A DNA stretch of 64,000 bases from Ilumatobacteraceae bacterium. Its GTDB lineage: Bacteria > Actinomycetota > Acidimicrobiia > Acidimicrobiales > Ilumatobacteraceae. Location of the stretch: positions 2,688 to 66,687 of the forward strand of contig JBMTEX010000001.1 in the NCBI GenBank assembly GCA_049433485.1, written 5' to 3'. A program made the position numbers and the translations under genes. Shown here one piece after another: positions 10,949 through 20,746 of the stretch; the first letter of the stretch is position 1; the number at the start of each line of letters is the position of its first letter. The notes under the pieces were generated by a model. That model saw nothing but the letters and a program-made list of their open reading frames with translations. It was not told the DNA's origin and did not search any database.

Positions 10949-12139
10949 ATGAGCGACGTTGTACAAGAAGCACGCGAATTCATTGAGAAGAACTGGACAC
11001 CAGGTTTAGATTTGGCGGCTTGGCGCGAATTGGTGGTGGACAACAACTGGGCTGCTCTACGTTGGCCAGTGCAGTGGTACGGCCGAGGTCTGTCAGATGA
11101 CAAGGCTGAAGAAGTAGAAAAAGTGTTCTTTGACGCAAGGGTTCCTGGGCCCGGTCAAGACAAGTGGAATTTGTGGGCAGGAACTCTTGTTGGTTTTGGC
11201 ACAGACGAGTTAAAGCGTCAATACCTGCGTTCGCTGTTACTAGATGAAGTTGCCATGTGTTTGTTGTATAGCGAACCAGGTGCGGGTTCAGATCTGGCAG
11301 GACTTCGCACCACTGCGGTTCGCGATGGTGACGAGTGGATCATCAACGGACAAAAAGTGTGGACATCTGGCGCACACGCTGCAGACATTGGCATGTTGAT
11401 TGCACGCACAGATTGGGATCAACCGAAACATCGCGGCATCACATTCTTTTGGTTTCCAATGAAGCAAGCCGGAGTCGAAGTTCGCCCATTGCGACAAGCA
11501 ACAGGAGACGCACGATTCAACGAGGTGTTCATCACCGATGCGCGTGTACCAAACGCGAACGTGTTAGGAGACTTGAATAAAGGATGGTGGGTGCTTCAAT
11601 CAGCGCTTGCGTATGAGCGAGCAGTAATGGGTGTGTCGCGTCGAGGCCCTAAAGGTCCTGGTGGCGCAACATCTGCTGCACATGGATCAATTCCATCACC
11701 GGATCTGTCTCTCGTCTCATTAGCGAGAGACATGGGGAAGTCAGATGACGCCGTGGTGCGCCAACATCTTGCACGTTTGTATTGCATGCGAATGGTGAAC
11801 GATTGGAATGGAGATCGCGCTAAGGCAGTCAGCGAGGCCGGTGGTTCGTCTCCACTTGCGTCACTTGGAAAGCTTGCGATGTCCGGGATTCTTCACTATG
11901 CAGCCCGAGTGCAGGGACATCTGTTGGGTGCTGAAGGAGCGCTAGATGGCGATGCATTCCCACGTTCGCGAGATGCCAACTACTCACAACTGAATGCATA
12001 CTTCACGTCGATTGGTGGCGGTACAGATCAAATCCAACGCAACATCATTGGAGAATTGATTCTGGGTCTTCCGAAAGAGCCGCAGACGGATCGAGACGTT
12101 CCTTTTAAGGCTGTTCCTGCAATGTCGGTGTCGCGTTAA
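10949..12139 (+). CDS. acyl-CoA dehydrogenase family protein
   Basis: LYSEPGAGSDLAGLRTTA, WIINGQKVWTSGA and a C-terminal GGGTDQIQRNIIGE block are typical ACAD motifs. Confidence 0.8.
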   Translation: MSDVVQEAREFIEKNWTPGLDLAAWRELVVDNNWAALRWPVQWYGRGLSDDKAEEVEKVFFDARVPGPGQDKWNLWAGTLVGFGTDELKRQYLRSLLLDEVAMCLLYSEPGAGSDLAGLRTTAVRDGDEWIINGQKVWTSGAHAADIGMLIARTDWDQPKHRGITFFWFPMKQAGVEVRPLRQATGDARFNEVFITDARVPNANVLGDLNKGWWVLQSALAYERAVMGVSRRGPKGPGGATSAAHGSIPSPDLSLVSLARDMGKSDDAVVRQHLARLYCMRMVNDWNGDRAKAVSEAGGSSPLASLGKLAMSGILHYAARVQGHLLGAEGALDGDAFPRSRDANYSQLNAYFTSIGGGTDQIQRNIIGELILGLPKEPQTDRDVPFKAVPAMSVSR

Positions 12140-14394
12140 TCGCGCGACATGGTTGCACGACTAGTGCCGCTGAAGTCCAGCACTTGGTCTGCATCAAGAT
12201 CAACAACAACTTTTGTGAGATGCCCAGTGAATTCAAATGGAGATTCATAAAGGCTCACTGGAGTTCCGCGGTCAAGTCCAATGTCGAGACCAGACCAGGA
12301 AATGAGAATCCAGAAGATGTTGTTTGTGGTCATTGTTCCAACAACAACATCGTCAATAAACATTGTCAATGTTCCTTCGTTACCGTTGCGCTTCATGCGA
12401 ACACCAACAATGTGGCGTCCAGGTGGAACGGGGCGGTCAGACTTCAATAACTGATGGGTTCCACCAATATTGAGGTCGTGTTCAAGGTGGCCATCTCGAA
12501 TGAACAGGCTGTATCCACTGGTGAGGTCACCGTGCGCAATGAGAACACCTTCGCAACCATCTTCTGGAACGTCGATGTACGCAGAGATGGTGTACGAGCG
12601 ACTACGAAGGTCTGGTGCAACATCTGACGGTAAATGGCCCATTCCTCGCCAGAACGTGAAGTTCTTTCGCTCGCCAGTATGACGGTCTGCATTTTCGGCA
12701 AAGCGCTGTGCAAATCGGTCATCTAATGGAAGAACTTTGTTTTTGTCTGCTTCTTCCCACCACTGCGCAATGAGTTGTTGTAGTCGTTCTGGTTCTTGCT
12801 CGGCCAAGTTGTTGCATTCATTGAAATCATTATCTAGGTGGTACAACTCCCACGTGTCATCATCAAACGGTGTACCCATTTGGTGAAACGCAACGGCCTT
12901 CCAGCCATCAACAACAATTCCGCGGTGACCAAACATCTCAAAATATTGAGGGCCTCGATTAACAGTTGCGCGCGGGTCTGAAATCAATGGAGCAAACGAT
13001 TCACCTTCAATTGGCATCTGTGAAACACCGTTAATGGTTGTCGGTGCTTCAAGATTCAACATGTCAAGAATTGTGGGCGCAATATCTACAACGTGACAGA
13101 AATTGTGTCGCAATCCACCTTCGTCTCGAACAACACCTGGCCAAGCGAGAACAAATGGATCTCGAATACCGCCCGAATGAGTGTTTTGTTTGTAACGGCG
13201 AAGCGGAGTGTTGGCTACCGATGCCCAACCCCATGGGAAGTTGGAGTGGGTGTCTGGCCCGCCAATGTCGTCGATGCGAGCGATTTTTTCTTCTATTGAT
13301 TCTTGAATGAGATTGAACGGACCCATTGCATTAATGAAACCAAATGCTCCACCTTCTTGACTTGCGCCATTGTCGCTCATGACGAGAACAACTGTATTTT
13401 CGAGTTGGCCCGAAGCTTCAAGATGTTGAATGACGCGTGCAAAGTGATCATCAAAGTGTTCCAACATGGCGGCATAGGCAGCCATTAAACGAATAGAGAG
13501 AGGTTTCTGTTCAGCGGGGATGTCTTCCCATGGAAACACAAAATCATTACGTGGCGGCATGGGCGTTCCCGGTGGAACAATCCCTAGTTCAATTTGACGA
13601 GCAAGTCGACGTTCGCGAACTGCATCCCAGCCATCTTTGTAATACGTCTCACATCGATTGATGTATTTAAGTGGCGCTTGATGCGGCGCATGGCACGCAC
13701 CTGGCGCCAGCATCATCATCCATGGTGCATCGGGTGCTCCTGCAGTGTGGTCTGCAAGGTAGGTGATGGCGTTATCGACGAGGTCTTCTGTGAGGTGGTA
13801 ACCAGTCCAGTACGTTCCTGGTGCGGTGACATGTGAGTTATCGCGCACAACTTCGGGGCTGTATTGATCTGTTTCTGCGTCGAGGAAACCATAGAAGCGG
13901 TCGTATCCACGACCAAGTGGCCAACCATCGAATGGTCCGGTGGGCCCGGTTTCCGTCAATGGCGTGACATGCCATTTGCCCACCATGTAGTTGCGGTACC
14001 CGTGTGGGCGAAGCATCTCTGCCAACGTTCCAGCCTCGTGTGTAATTTTTCCGCGGTATCCGGGGTAACCGCTGTCAAAGTTTGCGAGACAACCAACGCC
14101 AACTGAGTGATGATTGCGACCAGTGTGAAGTGCTGCTCGTGTTGTGGAGCACATTGCTGTGGTGTGAAATCCAGAGAAGCGAAGTCCACGTTGCGCGATG
14201 GCATCGATGGTGGGAGTTTTAATTTCAGATCCGTAACAACCAAAGTCGGCGAAGCCAACATCATCAAGTAGCACCATAAGGATGTTTGGTTTACTGCCTG
14301 CATTGTTGTGGTGTGGAAAATAGGGAGTCGATTCGGCAAGCGTGCGGCCAATTCGGCCAGGAAAACCTTGTGGAGTAGTTGGTCTGAACGTCAT
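12136..14394 (-). CDS. arylsulfatase (type I sulfatase family, large form)
   Basis: NILMVLLDDVGFADFGCYGS, FHTTAMCSTTRAALHTGRNHH and MSDNGAS are sulfatase blocks. The active-site pentapeptide reads CSTTR. Confidence 0.85.
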   Translation of the reverse strand: MTFRPTTPQGFPGRIGRTLAESTPYFPHHNNAGSKPNILMVLLDDVGFADFGCYGSEIKTPTIDAIAQRGLRFSGFHTTAMCSTTRAALHTGRNHHSVGVGCLANFDSGYPGYRGKITHEAGTLAEMLRPHGYRNYMVGKWHVTPLTETGPTGPFDGWPLGRGYDRFYGFLDAETDQYSPEVVRDNSHVTAPGTYWTGYHLTEDLVDNAITYLADHTAGAPDAPWMMMLAPGACHAPHQAPLKYINRCETYYKDGWDAVRERRLARQIELGIVPPGTPMPPRNDFVFPWEDIPAEQKPLSIRLMAAYAAMLEHFDDHFARVIQHLEASGQLENTVVLVMSDNGASQEGGAFGFINAMGPFNLIQESIEEKIARIDDIGGPDTHSNFPWGWASVANTPLRRYKQNTHSGGIRDPFVLAWPGVVRDEGGLRHNFCHVVDIAPTILDMLNLEAPTTINGVSQMPIEGESFAPLISDPRATVNRGPQYFEMFGHRGIVVDGWKAVAFHQMGTPFDDDTWELYHLDNDFNECNNLAEQEPERLQQLIAQWWEEADKNKVLPLDDRFAQRFAENADRHTGERKNFTFWRGMGHLPSDVAPDLRSRSYTISAYIDVPEDGCEGVLIAHGDLTSGYSLFIRDGHLEHDLNIGGTHQLLKSDRPVPPGRHIVGVRMKRNGNEGTLTMFIDDVVVGTMTTNNIFWILISWSGLDIGLDRGTPVSLYESPFEFTGHLTKVVVDLDADQVLDFSGTSRATMSRD

Positions 14395-14466
14395 GTGTGC
14401 CTCCAGGAGTGGTAACGCGAGTGTAGTTTCCTGTGGACCAGGGCTAAATAATGAGGTGCGTTCTAC

Positions 14467-15279
14467 TTAGCGAAACGCAGTGAGCCCTTGGCGTTTGCCA
14501 TGTTCGGCCGCAACACGACGAAAACGTGGATCGAGAGAATTTGGTCCCATTGCCGAAATGGCCTCGTCGTCCGTGACAACGATGTGAACAGTGGAACCAG
14601 AGGATCTGAGATCCTCAATTTCTTTCGTAATGAGGGGAGTGATTCCTTGCGTTAACGGAGCAATCACGTACACCTCTTTGTATCCAGCTGCAAGATGCGC
14701 ATTTGTGCTGGTACGAAGTCCGCCGTCGTAATACTTGGTGTTATTAATGGTGACGCATGGCCACACGCTTGGAACTGCACAACTGCTTGACACAGCGTCA
14801 ATCAAGGACACACCAGAGTCTTTGTTCCACGTGACGAATTCGCCTGACTCACTTTCGATCGCCGTCAGTACAAGGGGAGTCTTCGGCCAGTTGTGATTTG
14901 GTAATCGCATCTCTATGACGTGGCGCCGTTCTTTCTCTGAGATTGTTGGTGCGTGAAGGGCAATGTCACCAATTCGTTGACGTTGAAGATTGGAATCGGT
15001 TCCGCCTGCACCAAGTTCACCAAAGACTTTTGCAAGCAATTCCAGATCAATGTTTGGTGAGATCTCATGGTGTTCGTCCGAAATCTGGCGTTCGAACAAT
15101 TCCTCAATAGATAGTCCAGACAAAATTTGAGCGCCCACCGTGGCGCCCGCACTGGTTCCAATCACGATGTCAACGTTCTCGATTAGGCGTAGCCCTCGTT
15201 GATGAAGTCCCATGAGAACGCCGGTTTCCCATGCAATTCCAGTGACCCCACCGCCCGCCAAGACCAATGCAGAACTCAT
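14467..15279 (-). CDS. patatin-like phospholipase
   Basis: LAGGGVTGIAWETG oxyanion motif and GTSAGA nucleophile elbow. ATG at 15279 (MSSALVLAGGG) chosen over the 80-codon upstream extension. Confidence 0.75.
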   Translation of the reverse strand: MSSALVLAGGGVTGIAWETGVLMGLHQRGLRLIENVDIVIGTSAGATVGAQILSGLSIEELFERQISDEHHEISPNIDLELLAKVFGELGAGGTDSNLQRQRIGDIALHAPTISEKERRHVIEMRLPNHNWPKTPLVLTAIESESGEFVTWNKDSGVSLIDAVSSSCAVPSVWPCVTINNTKYYDGGLRTSTNAHLAAGYKEVYVIAPLTQGITPLITKEIEDLRSSGSTVHIVVTDDEAISAMGPNSLDPRFRRVAAEHGKRQGLTAFR

Positions 15280-15376
15280 AGAAATATGTCTAGTACAGGA
15301 ATTGGCCAAAGACTTTGTTGCATGTTTGTTTCGTAGTAGTTCCGTCGCAATTGCCCTCCATACAATCGCATGTGGA

Positions 15377-15832
15377 ATGGACCGTAACTCTGGACCCAGC
15401 ACTCTTGAGCCGTATGCGCAAGCGCTGCTAGATGCCGTCTTGGCAGCCATCTCGTTGTGGTTGACATCTCGAATTGCTTTAGTCGCTCCGGAAGTTGCCA
15501 TTGAAGAAAGTGTCATCTCACAGACCGAGGAGTTTGTTCGTCGCGAATTGTCAGCTTTGTTGGAAACCGATGTTGATGACCAACGCGCAAACCCTCTTCA
15601 AATTCTTCGCGAATCAACGCAATTTGCAACCAGCGTTCTCAAAGAAGCCGGCGTCGCCCCTGCACGGCGAGATGATTTTGACCGTCAATCAATGCCGAAT
15701 GACATCTACGCCTTAGGTCCGCTCACATGGAGAGACCTCTCTGAGGATGTTCATGACGCAGGAATTACATGGGGCGCGTGGAAGGCGGCATCAGTGCTCA
15801 CCAGACGTCGTGCAGAAGGGAAGTTGTCATGA
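15377..15832 (+). CDS. hypothetical protein upstream of glnD
   Basis: The ORF ends in an ATGA overlap with the glnD start. The start is uncertain. ATG 15377 is the first one clear of the divergent patatin gene. Confidence 0.4.
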   Translation: MDRNSGPSTLEPYAQALLDAVLAAISLWLTSRIALVAPEVAIEESVISQTEEFVRRELSALLETDVDDQRANPLQILRESTQFATSVLKEAGVAPARRDDFDRQSMPNDIYALGPLTWRDLSEDVHDAGITWGAWKAASVLTRRRAEGKLS

Positions 15833-18114
15833 GTGATCGTCACGACATCATTTCCGATGTTTCACGCCGCGGAATCGACATGTGCCACGCATTATCTGAT
15901 GCAACAGATGAATGGTTGTCGCAACTCTTTCACTCTGCAGTCAGCGGAGTAAAGAAAGCAGACGACATCGTTCTTCTTGCAGTCGGTGGTTATGGTCGGC
16001 GCGAGCTAGCACCGCAAAGCGACCTAGATGTTCTGCTTGTTCATCGGGGCGTAAAAAACATCAGCGATATTGCATCAAAGATTTGGTATCCCGTGTGGGA
16101 CACAGGCGTCAAACTTGGTCATTCGGTGCGAACACCAAAAGAAACACTGCAGTTGTGCGCATCCGATTTAGACACGGCAACTGCACTGGTGACGGCACGC
16201 GTTGTTGCCGGCAATGCGTCTCTTGGACAAGAAGTCATTTCTGGAAGTACAGATAGTTGGAAGAAACGTGGACGAGAATGGTTGGTAGAACTTCATTCGC
16301 GTGTGCTAGAGCGATATGAAAAAGATGGCGAGGTTGCGTTTCTATTAGAGCCGAATCTCAAAGAAGGAATGGGTGGCCTTCGCGACATTCATGCATTGCA
16401 GTGGGCCATTGAAGCGGGACTTGACTTATTGCCAGGCGATGAGGGCCAACTTTCTCGATGCAACGAGGTGTTGCTGAACGTACGCGTGGCACTCCACCGA
16501 CACATTGGTCGTCCCGTTGAAGTGCTACGCCTTGAAGACCAACGCGCCGTTGCTGAATTAGCAGGATTTGAATCCGACGATGCATTGATGAGATCTATAG
16601 CTGAAGTCGGCCGGCGAGTTGCATGGATTGCCGACGAAGTGTGGGCACGTCTTGACCCTCCCGCGCACAGTTCGTCAGTTCCGCAGTTGTTGGCGCCTGG
16701 TGTGCAGCTACTCAATGGTGAAATTGAACTGACAGACGATGTTGATGTTTCTAGCGACCCGACACTTCTGTTGCGCGTTGCGACTGCTGCTGCTCGACTG
16801 AATGTTCGCATTGACCGCTCGTCATTAGACAGGCTCGGTCAACAACTGCCAATTTGGCCAGATCCATGGCCCGCTGGTGCGAGCGACGAAGTAGTTGCGT
16901 TGTTGTTAGAGGGGGAGAACGCCATTCCAGTGTTGGAGGCAGTTGACCAGCGCAATTTGTTGGTGCGCGTCTTGCCAGAGTGGGCACCAGTTCGAAGCAA
17001 ACCACAGCGCAACGCTTTCCACCGCTACACGGTCGACAGGCATTTGTGGCAAACCGTTGCAAATGCCAGTGCTCTTGTGCATCGAGTATCGCGCCCTGAC
17101 TTATTGGTTCTTGGTGCGCTCTTCCACGACATTGGAAAGGGTTACCCAGGAGATCACACCGAAGTTGGTGTAGAGAAGTTCGCCGTTATTGGACAACGAA
17201 TGGGCTTGTCGACACAAGATCAAATGGTGGTCTCTTTATTGATTGAGCACCACTTGTTACTTGCCGACACCGCAACACGACGCGATTTATCTGATGACGC
17301 AACGATCTCTATGGTTGCGGAGAAAGTCGGAAGTGTTCAAGTGCTCGATTTATTGCACGCACTCACTGAAGCCGATTCATTGGCTACTGGGCCATCGGCG
17401 TGGAGCGATTGGAAGGCGGAACTCATTGCACTTCTGGTTGATCGAGTACGACATGTTCTCGGTGGTGGAGACATTGCAGACGTGACATGGAGACTGTTTC
17501 CCGATGCATCGGTTCTTGAATTGATGGCGACGGGAGATGTTGCAGTCAGAACTGAAAGTGACCGCGTCACAATTGTGAGCCCGGACAGGCCGGGAACATT
17601 CAGCAAAGTTGCTGGTGTTCTTGCACTAAGTGGACTTGATGTTCTTGGAGCAGAGGCGCACTCTGATGAACAAGGCATGGCTGCCTCTGAGTTCCGAGTC
17701 TCTAGCCCACATGGAGAAATCTATTGGGCTCCAATTGTCGACAATCTCACTCGAGCCCTGCAAGGCCGTCTTGCTTTGGAATCTCGTCTTGCAGATAGAG
17801 CGGCATCGGCCCGGCCAAAGCGCGCCATGTCAGCTATTGCACCCGCAGAACCAACAGTGCGTTTTGATGATTCGGCGTCATCAAATGCCACATTTCTTGA
17901 AGTGCGAGCACCAGACAAGGTGGGAGTTCTTCATCGCATCACAAAAGCAATTGCCGACCTTGGTCTCGATATTCGACATGCTCGTGTTCTGACCTTGGGT
18001 AATGAGGTTGTCGACGCCTTCTATGTCAGGGAGTCGGGTGGTGGTCGCATTACCGATGAGGAATACAAGAAAGAAATTTCGCGAGCAATTCTGTTTGCCC
18101 TGCAAGATCGCTGA
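15829..18114 (+). CDS. glnD: [protein-PII] uridylyl/adenylyl-transferase GlnD
   Basis: Nucleotidyltransferase block GGYGRRELAPQSDLDVLLV, HD domain LFHDIGKG, and two C-terminal ACT-like segments (FLEVRAPDKVGVLHRI). ATG 15829. Confidence 0.85.
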   Translation: MSDRHDIISDVSRRGIDMCHALSDATDEWLSQLFHSAVSGVKKADDIVLLAVGGYGRRELAPQSDLDVLLVHRGVKNISDIASKIWYPVWDTGVKLGHSVRTPKETLQLCASDLDTATALVTARVVAGNASLGQEVISGSTDSWKKRGREWLVELHSRVLERYEKDGEVAFLLEPNLKEGMGGLRDIHALQWAIEAGLDLLPGDEGQLSRCNEVLLNVRVALHRHIGRPVEVLRLEDQRAVAELAGFESDDALMRSIAEVGRRVAWIADEVWARLDPPAHSSSVPQLLAPGVQLLNGEIELTDDVDVSSDPTLLLRVATAAARLNVRIDRSSLDRLGQQLPIWPDPWPAGASDEVVALLLEGENAIPVLEAVDQRNLLVRVLPEWAPVRSKPQRNAFHRYTVDRHLWQTVANASALVHRVSRPDLLVLGALFHDIGKGYPGDHTEVGVEKFAVIGQRMGLSTQDQMVVSLLIEHHLLLADTATRRDLSDDATISMVAEKVGSVQVLDLLHALTEADSLATGPSAWSDWKAELIALLVDRVRHVLGGGDIADVTWRLFPDASVLELMATGDVAVRTESDRVTIVSPDRPGTFSKVAGVLALSGLDVLGAEAHSDEQGMAASEFRVSSPHGEIYWAPIVDNLTRALQGRLALESRLADRAASARPKRAMSAIAPAEPTVRFDDSASSNATFLEVRAPDKVGVLHRITKAIADLGLDIRHARVLTLGNEVVDAFYVRESGGGRITDEEYKKEISRAILFALQDR

Positions 18115-18152
18115 ATACGGCCATATCGGTTTCTGGAACTAGGGTTCGTGCC

Positions 18153-18860
18153 GTGAGTGACGCACAACCTCAAGACTTCACACGTGACCTCATTCGATGG
18201 AGCGAGACTCTCGCCGCAATCGCGCGAACGGGGATGGGCTTTACGCAAAGCCTCTATGAACGCGAACGATACGAAGAAGTTTTAAAGGTTGCAGCAGACA
18301 TCAAATCTGCGTCCGATGAAGCACTTGAAATACGTCGAGAACAAGATCACTTTGTTCAAGAGTGGATGGAATCGGTGGGCGAAGGTGTGCCTGGTTACGT
18401 CACGCCAAAAGTTGCAATTGGTGCCATCGTCGGGAATGACGAAGGAAAAATTCTTTTAGTGCAGCGCAAAGAAAGCGGCGTGTGGTTGTACCCAACAGGG
18501 TGGGCCGACGTGGGATATTCACCTGCGGAGGTTGCGATGAAAGAAGTGGAAGAAGAAACCGGGATTATCGCCGAGCCACTGCAATTGCTCGGTGTTGTAG
18601 ACGGAATGCGTATGGGTTTCTCGCGCTTTGGTATGTACATGTTGTTGTTTCATATGAAAGCAACTGGCGGCGAACTGAATCCACATCCGTTGGAGACTGG
18701 AGATGTTGGCTGGTTTGGTCCGGATGAACTGCCAACACCAACTGCGGGTGCGCAATGGTGGGGAAATATGGCGTTTGCCGCAATTAACGGTTCTGTTACG
18801 CCAGCAACTTTTGATGCACCACGCACTGAGTTGTGGCGCGGAAGCGCAGACAATCACTAA
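18153..18860 (+). CDS. NUDIX hydrolase with N-terminal Nudix-associated domain
   Basis: Nudix box GWADVGYSPAEVAMKEVEEETGI. GTG start. Confidence 0.75.
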   Translation: MSDAQPQDFTRDLIRWSETLAAIARTGMGFTQSLYERERYEEVLKVAADIKSASDEALEIRREQDHFVQEWMESVGEGVPGYVTPKVAIGAIVGNDEGKILLVQRKESGVWLYPTGWADVGYSPAEVAMKEVEEETGIIAEPLQLLGVVDGMRMGFSRFGMYMLLFHMKATGGELNPHPLETGDVGWFGPDELPTPTAGAQWWGNMAFAAINGSVTPATFDAPRTELWRGSADNH

Positions 18861-19772
18861 TTAGTTTGAGTCTTGGTCGCGCAAGAACTGTTCAACTTCA
18901 TCAACCAACGTGTCGATGTTTTCTTCTGCATCGTCGTCGGTGTCGTCATCTGAAAAATCAAACTCAAGTTGATTAGGAACATCTGTTCCAAATGGGTCAT
19001 CGCCCATGGTCTCTAAGCGCTCAACGTATTCACGGAGATCGTCGTCGTCTTCAATCATTTCTTCCACTTTGTTGTCGTAGGCGACAACTTGATTGTGGAG
19101 GACATGAAGTGGAGAGGGAGTGCCAATGATTTCACAAGCGCGAGCAATGAGGGCATTGGCTGCCTTTGGCGATGGAATTTGCGATGCAATAGCGGGAACT
19201 GCAGCCCACAAACTTGCAGACGGCAATGACGAGTGATTGCAGGCATCGTGGACAACACTGATGATCCCTGTTGGCCCTTCGTAGCGTGACCGTTGCAAGT
19301 CGAAGCGCTCGATGGTGTGGTCATCATTGGCAGTTCCCATTACCTGAACATCTGATCGATGCGACACGTCTGCAAGAAGTGCACCGAGAGTAAGAACCAG
19401 CGATGAATCAAATCGAGCTGCAACGCCCACTACTTGTTCTGTGAACAGTCTCCACTTCAAACTTGGCTCTGGACCAAGAACCAAGATGACATCGGACCCC
19501 GGCGTGCTTGCGTGCCACATGCTTACTTTTGGCCACACAATGCTGCGGGTGAGTCCATCTTTGAGGTGAACCGATGGGCGAATAGTTGCGAAGTCGGTGA
19601 ATTCTTCTGGGTCAATGTCGCACAAGGGCTCGGCGTTCCAAGCATCAATGAGAGTACGTACTGCAGTGCTCGCGGCGTCTGCGGCATCGTTCCAGCCACT
19701 AAACGCGGCAATCATTGTTGGGCTTTGAAGTCGTGGACTCGACAACCATCGGACATGATCTGCAGCCGTCAT
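18861..19772 (-). CDS. PAC2 (proteasome assembly chaperone-like) family protein
   Basis: The MIAAFSGWNDAADAAS N-terminal block and an acidic C-terminal tail are typical of actinobacterial PAC2-family proteins. Confidence 0.7.
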   Translation of the reverse strand: MTAADHVRWLSSPRLQSPTMIAAFSGWNDAADAASTAVRTLIDAWNAEPLCDIDPEEFTDFATIRPSVHLKDGLTRSIVWPKVSMWHASTPGSDVILVLGPEPSLKWRLFTEQVVGVAARFDSSLVLTLGALLADVSHRSDVQVMGTANDDHTIERFDLQRSRYEGPTGIISVVHDACNHSSLPSASLWAAVPAIASQIPSPKAANALIARACEIIGTPSPLHVLHNQVVAYDNKVEEMIEDDDDLREYVERLETMGDDPFGTDVPNQLEFDFSDDDTDDDAEENIDTLVDEVEQFLRDQDSN

Positions 19773-19822
19773 TACCTCTAAAACCTACCGTCTCCCAGGG
19801 GCGTGTGTGGCAAGGTGGAGGG

Positions 19823-20254
19823 ATGGCAGTTCTTGTGGAAAAAGCCGAGACAGTGACGGATGAACTTGTTGCCGCATTTGAAGTTCTGATTCCTCAGCTT
19901 TCGTCATCAAATCGACCCCCAAGCAGGGAATCATTAGAGGAAATTGTTAGTTCTCCCGCAACCGATTTGTTCATCGCGCGGGTTGATGGACAAATTGTTG
20001 GTTCGCTGACGCTGGCAACGTTTCGTATTCCAACTGGTCTACGTGCATGGATAGAAGATGTTGTTGTAGATGACTCAGCTCGCGGTCATGGCGTAGGTGC
20101 GGCTCTGAATGTGGCGGCACTAGATGAAGCACGTCAACGTGGTGCAGTCACTGTTGATTTAACGTCACGGCCTTCTCGTGAAGCAGCTAACAAGTTGTAC
20201 AAGAAACTCGGGTTTGTTGAACGTGAAACAAACGTGTATCGCTACACATTGTGA
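19823..20254 (+). CDS. GNAT family N-acetyltransferase
   Basis: RGHGVGAALNVAALDEARQRG acetyl-CoA binding motif. ATG 19823 chosen to avoid overlap with the PAC2 gene. Confidence 0.75.
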   Translation: MAVLVEKAETVTDELVAAFEVLIPQLSSSNRPPSRESLEEIVSSPATDLFIARVDGQIVGSLTLATFRIPTGLRAWIEDVVVDDSARGHGVGAALNVAALDEARQRGAVTVDLTSRPSREAANKLYKKLGFVERETNVYRYTL

Positions 20255-20281
20255 TTAGTGCGCACATGAGATAACGAGCGC

Positions 20282-20710
20282 CTAAGTCTCTTCGGCCACC
20301 ATCTGCAGCGACTCAATCTCTTTGGCGACAAACCCTCGAATTTTTCTTCGAAATACTGCCCAAACAGGTGCCGCAAGTGGACCAAACATTGAGATGGAGA
20401 ATTCAACAATTGTTTTTCCTGCTTGATCTAGCACAACGTGGCCAGCATCAACTGTTACACCGGGAGATTTTGTTCTCCATGTGAATGAATGTCCGTCGTC
20501 AAGGGCAGTAATGGTCCAAGTAGACAAAGGAAGTCCAGGTTGTTGGATGAGAACTGGTGCCCCAATTTCGAAACCCTTCTGAGTAGCAAAAGCCACCGAG
20601 GACATTGTTGGTGTCCACTTTGGCCAACTCTCTACATCTCGCAAAATATTCCATACAACTTGACGTGGGGCACTAATAGTGATTGAAGTCGAGTGTCCGC
20701 GGGAACTCAT
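20282..20710 (-). CDS. SRPBCC (polyketide cyclase/dehydrase-like) family protein
   Basis: 142 aa. The VWNILRDVESWPKWTP motif is typical of the SRPBCC fold. Confidence 0.6.
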   Translation of the reverse strand: MSSRGHSTSITISAPRQVVWNILRDVESWPKWTPTMSSVAFATQKGFEIGAPVLIQQPGLPLSTWTITALDDGHSFTWRTKSPGVTVDAGHVVLDQAGKTIVEFSISMFGPLAAPVWAVFRRKIRGFVAKEIESLQMVAEET

Positions 20711-20746
20711 GCTTCAAAGCTCATCAGTGCGCCAGCTCAAATTGCA

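Noticed and set aside
12137-12146. The shared 10-mer taatcgcgcg at two convergent gene junctions with overlapping stop codons (12137-12146 and 23750-23759)
   Set aside because: It is most simply explained by both minus-strand genes ending in Arg-Asp-stop (cgc gat taa/tag) next to a plus-strand TAA. There are only two copies and no extended similarity.
15212-15376. Long form of the ORF upstream of glnD (start at 15212)
   Set aside because: It overlaps the 5' end of the divergent patatin gene (start 15279), so a later start was preferred. The true start remains uncertain.
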